In this document: piece by piece, positions 59,901 through 64,000 of the stretch
How the letters are laid out: each line of letters starts with the position of its first letter
Position numbering within the stretch: position 1 is the stretch's first letter
Source: an uncultured Acidobacteriota bacterium
GTDB taxonomy: Bacteria; Acidobacteriota; JAQAZP01
Assembly (NCBI GenBank): GCA_963836075.1
Contig: CAWIIB010000009.1
Span: 1,120,001 to 1,184,000, forward strand
Reading direction: 5' to 3'
DNA length: 64,000 nt
Program-made: the position numbers and the translations under genes
The notes under the pieces: generated by a model
Database searches by the model: none
The model's input: the letters and a program-made list of their open reading frames with translations, nothing else
Told to the model about the DNA's origin: nothing

Positions 59901-61244
59901 GTCGTTGGGGTAGTTGTCGCAGTAGTAGGCGACTGTCTGCTTCGGGCGGCTGTCAATCGGTCCGGCCATGCGGATGGGTAGGGTGTTCACATTATTGACT
60001 GGATCGATCACTTCTTTATTGTCGAGGTCATCCCACCAGGTCAGTTCCTGCGCCGTCGCGCTGATCGGCAGAGCGAACCCGAGGTCGAGTGTCCGTTCGG
60101 GCATGGTGAACAAAGTGCTGTCCTGATTTTTAAGAGACCCACTTATCAGCAGGTAGTCGCCGTCATCGGTTGAGACCGTTGTCAGGGAAGCTTTCATTTT
60201 GAGGCCCGGGTCGATTAATTCTCCAGTCACTTTCCTCACAAAACTGAAGTCGTCGTTGCCGGTCAGCAAACTACCATCCGTTCTGACATGAACCATTGGT
60301 GGGGCCTTGTAGAAGGCGAAATTGTCGAAGTAGGCAGCATTGTCCACGCCCGTGTTAGGCATGTAGCCTTGGACGATGACACCGACCCGGACGTAGTCGG
60401 CATTACGCGGACGGTAGGAGCGAATGCCGATGGGTGTGAACCGGTCAAGGATCTCCCCATCCGGCGAGACGATCCCGCTGGATTCCCAGGCTTCCGCTTC
60501 CGTGTACGCCAGCACTTCGCCCGCGGTCGGTGTAGAGGGCGTGAATACGTCTGATCCTGTGGGCGGAATGTCTTCGTACCATTCAATCCTGGCGAGGATC
60601 TTGTGGTTGCCATGGTACGTTTCCGTGTCTTCCGGATGGGTTCTCGAGCGATATCCGCACGCGGTGGCAAGGTCGAATGAAAAGCAGAAGAGGTCGTTGG
60701 TGTCCGGGTCAGGATACAGATCGTCGGGGGGCTGGGATTCACTGAGGTAGATATCCTGGTACATCCCTATGAAATAGGGGCCAGTCAAATCAGTTGGGTG
60801 AACTATTTTAGCTGCAGTTGTCGTTCCACTTGATGGGTAGGTCAAGAACGCGCATGAGATGTCCGGTGGAACTTGGTTGCTTGAAAACGTCCAGGTACCC
60901 TGCAAGTCTAAACATGTCAAACAGTCCGTCTCAAAATCAGTGCAGTCCATGAGGTTGCCGTGAGAGTCGAGGTTCTCGGGGAGGCCGGTCTGCTCATTGA
61001 TGGTGTAGTCTCTGATGTAGAATCCGCCGGTCCCGGGGGCACAAAATTGGGGTGTATGGCCATTGATGGAAAGGCTGGTGACTCTGCCGTTCAGGACGGA
61101 GAGCGAAAGACCGTCGGATGTTGTGGCCCCGATGGCGTTCCGGGTATCTGCGGAGAAGAATGACAGCAGGAGTGCAACGAGGGGAATGAAGAGTATGAAT
61201 GTCGGATGCTTCGAGCCAACGAGCCTTGAATATCTCGTATCCAT
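56970..61244 (-). CDS. 1424-aa secreted protein of unknown function with golvesin/Xly-CBD-like C-terminus
   Basis: Uninterrupted ORF in lower-GC DNA; signal peptide; A.YTF...AQYDV...IDQS...FISIGTF...SDVVML pattern. Confidence 0.75.
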   Translation of the reverse strand: MDTRYSRLVGSKHPTFILFIPLVALLLSFFSADTRNAIGATTSDGLSLSVLNGRVTSLSINGHTPQFCAPGTGGFYIRDYTINEQTGLPENLDSHGNLMDCTDFETDCLTCLDLQGTWTFSSNQVPPDISCAFLTYPSSGTTTAAKIVHPTDLTGPYFIGMYQDIYLSESQPPDDLYPDPDTNDLFCFSFDLATACGYRSRTHPEDTETYHGNHKILARIEWYEDIPPTGSDVFTPSTPTAGEVLAYTEAEAWESSGIVSPDGEILDRFTPIGIRSYRPRNADYVRVGVIVQGYMPNTGVDNAAYFDNFAFYKAPPMVHVRTDGSLLTGNDDFSFVRKVTGELIDPGLKMKASLTTVSTDDGDYLLISGSLKNQDSTLFTMPERTLDLGFALPISATAQELTWWDDLDNKEVIDPVNNVNTLPIRMAGPIDSRPKQTVAYYCDNYPNDTREQVSLLRSENIQVSAYPYSALMINMSNYRRGLSFGDDLDSDTVQISHYGYRVFHPEETFSGWYYVEFRLGLLPEDAGGTRNETPFSFILFRGDNPDWVEASVFREATNRYQTDFFQSSDYFARPFLYDHSEYEWSYGGGFYQAYVEDVGGQPALVSNTFNNNANEYGLRYTQEFFLDKNHTDIARAIDLLYGIGVDAVIYEQPWTSSFHNPLGNCSPINLSNPLSLSHNHRSCIQSNKDQNNYDPQTDPPYFGPIWSLLYDAKESNSLTIPIPTTTDCIDLIGHNVESFAGISSTKEKYFFPCLTVSDDIGDADLIEAERSYIAGAYESLIDEFSDDGLKGMTLDNMFYGKHMANHLDFSPARLPLFVDSGGSLTYSINHLSPAIPQVAANVLLMEGLREELENIENTPGSGDGTETEQPDEELLSVNANEPLYGASKHGIMHSDIGGFESSTTLGLFNRSVRSQNFRRTNARDKNMSRLLSKILIRDCIIENWQYTGQCDNWDNLWGPVNHTDFEIQLVAEASWMSLAWGFMPSISNIFSDIDDVFFTSHILPLFDDQTIPPPVPPPGKSFTGIFKELHLSGWRPITNATVSYDGVVPEQGLRVERFGDFGRGDASTIGESLCFTALNNDDLSLTVLDLARFVPNGDPAEKSIDEIETAQEYRDYGICEKDFGCDNFPGSCPSELKEREKSVRILIQNLKHFDLVRAGNIVCRQLVHSPDKPTVCNWPSIEEDEFGVGPSYNGENYSLEIITILGLGLRIGGPWDKNNTHQDYLSIPDKALMVFKVWLEEKVDNGDGGEEGRGSSRTGDSDTAVYIGDHYELYGDGWQRYDTAGYNGDVDVVSVSDPTACAYYTFTSGESATIEAMVHFPISSLATTAAQYDVYVTDYFVGLAGDTNLGSPVLTTVIDQSDADAYSAAANEDGFISIGTFDVSVEDPAFNSIIVKVSVPGSSTQAREPSRLLVSDVVMLKTLE

Positions 61245-61376
61245 CGTGGTTCTCCCCGATTGAGGCGCTCTTGGGCGGAAATGTCATGTAGGAAGTTGGG
61301 TAGGTGGACCGTGGGGGAGCGCGGGGAGAACGGGGGATAACTGTTCGTGACGATAGATCGAAATGCTTTGGATTCA

Positions 61377-61407
61377 GGACGGACGGACGGACGGACGGAC
61401 GGACGGA
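61377..61407. repeat. (GGAC)7 simple sequence repeat
   Basis: Seven perfect GGAC units plus GGA, ~130 nt upstream of the 61244 start. Confidence 0.9.
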
Positions 61408-61690
61408 TGTTCTTCCTCAGAGAAATATTGATCGGACTAGTTTCGGGTGGTCTCATGATGGATGCTACAAAAAGTAGATACTATGCAAAATGTAATGAGT
61501 GGATACGGAAATAGTCAAGGCGGAATGAAGAATAGAAGAAATTTAGTAATAATGAGTGTTGTAGAGGGGAGGGAAGAGAGCAATATGGTGGGGATATTAT
61601 CTCAGGCCGGTTCCTGCATTAGGTGATTCTTGCGCTGTTCCAAGGTGGCCCTGTCCAGACTGCCGGCGCCGCATGACGCACCCGCTGGAC

Positions 61691-61721
61691 AAAAAAACGG
61701 GGCGCTGCAGTGCGGCGCCCC
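61691..61721 (-). terminator. clpB terminator
   Basis: ggggcgctgc/gcggcgcccc stem plus T7, 30 nt after the stop. Confidence 0.8.
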
Positions 61722-61750
61722 GAGGGGGATGCTCCCCATGCCGATCTGTC

Positions 61751-64000
<2,250 letters not shown>

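Overview
GC-rich bacterial DNA, probably Acidobacteriota (acidobacterial VWFA protein, LptD type; inference). The left third is mostly housekeeping and envelope genes: rsmI, nadE, lptD, rfbD, a GDP-sugar SDR, a two-component system with a serine hydrolase, a rhomboid, pepF, a glgA-like gene and a flippase. From about 28.6 kb to clpB lies an accessory region of large secreted proteins, BlaI/BlaR1, vWA genes, a TPR-CHAT protease, an ECF sigma/anti-sigma pair and toxin-antitoxin loci. Main observations: (1) a candidate secreted selenoprotein missed by the ORF track (signal peptide, C-G-T-[TGA], SECIS-like hairpin, 20174..21142); (2) a conserved ~120-aa C-terminal domain (NWRxG...DVTPxPYNQPPY...P-stop) on five otherwise diverse secreted proteins, and a second FG-GAP C-terminal module on three more; (3) a CHAT protease/ECF/anti-sigma module with a shared CAAGT-N14-15-CGTTCA promoter-like motif at three genes; (4) three orphan gene 3' ends (glgA, htpX, clpB) at borders of accessory DNA, with no integrase in the window. 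About eleven single-base frameshifts, five next to GTAC, are probably sequencing errors. No rRNA, tRNA or CRISPR array was seen.
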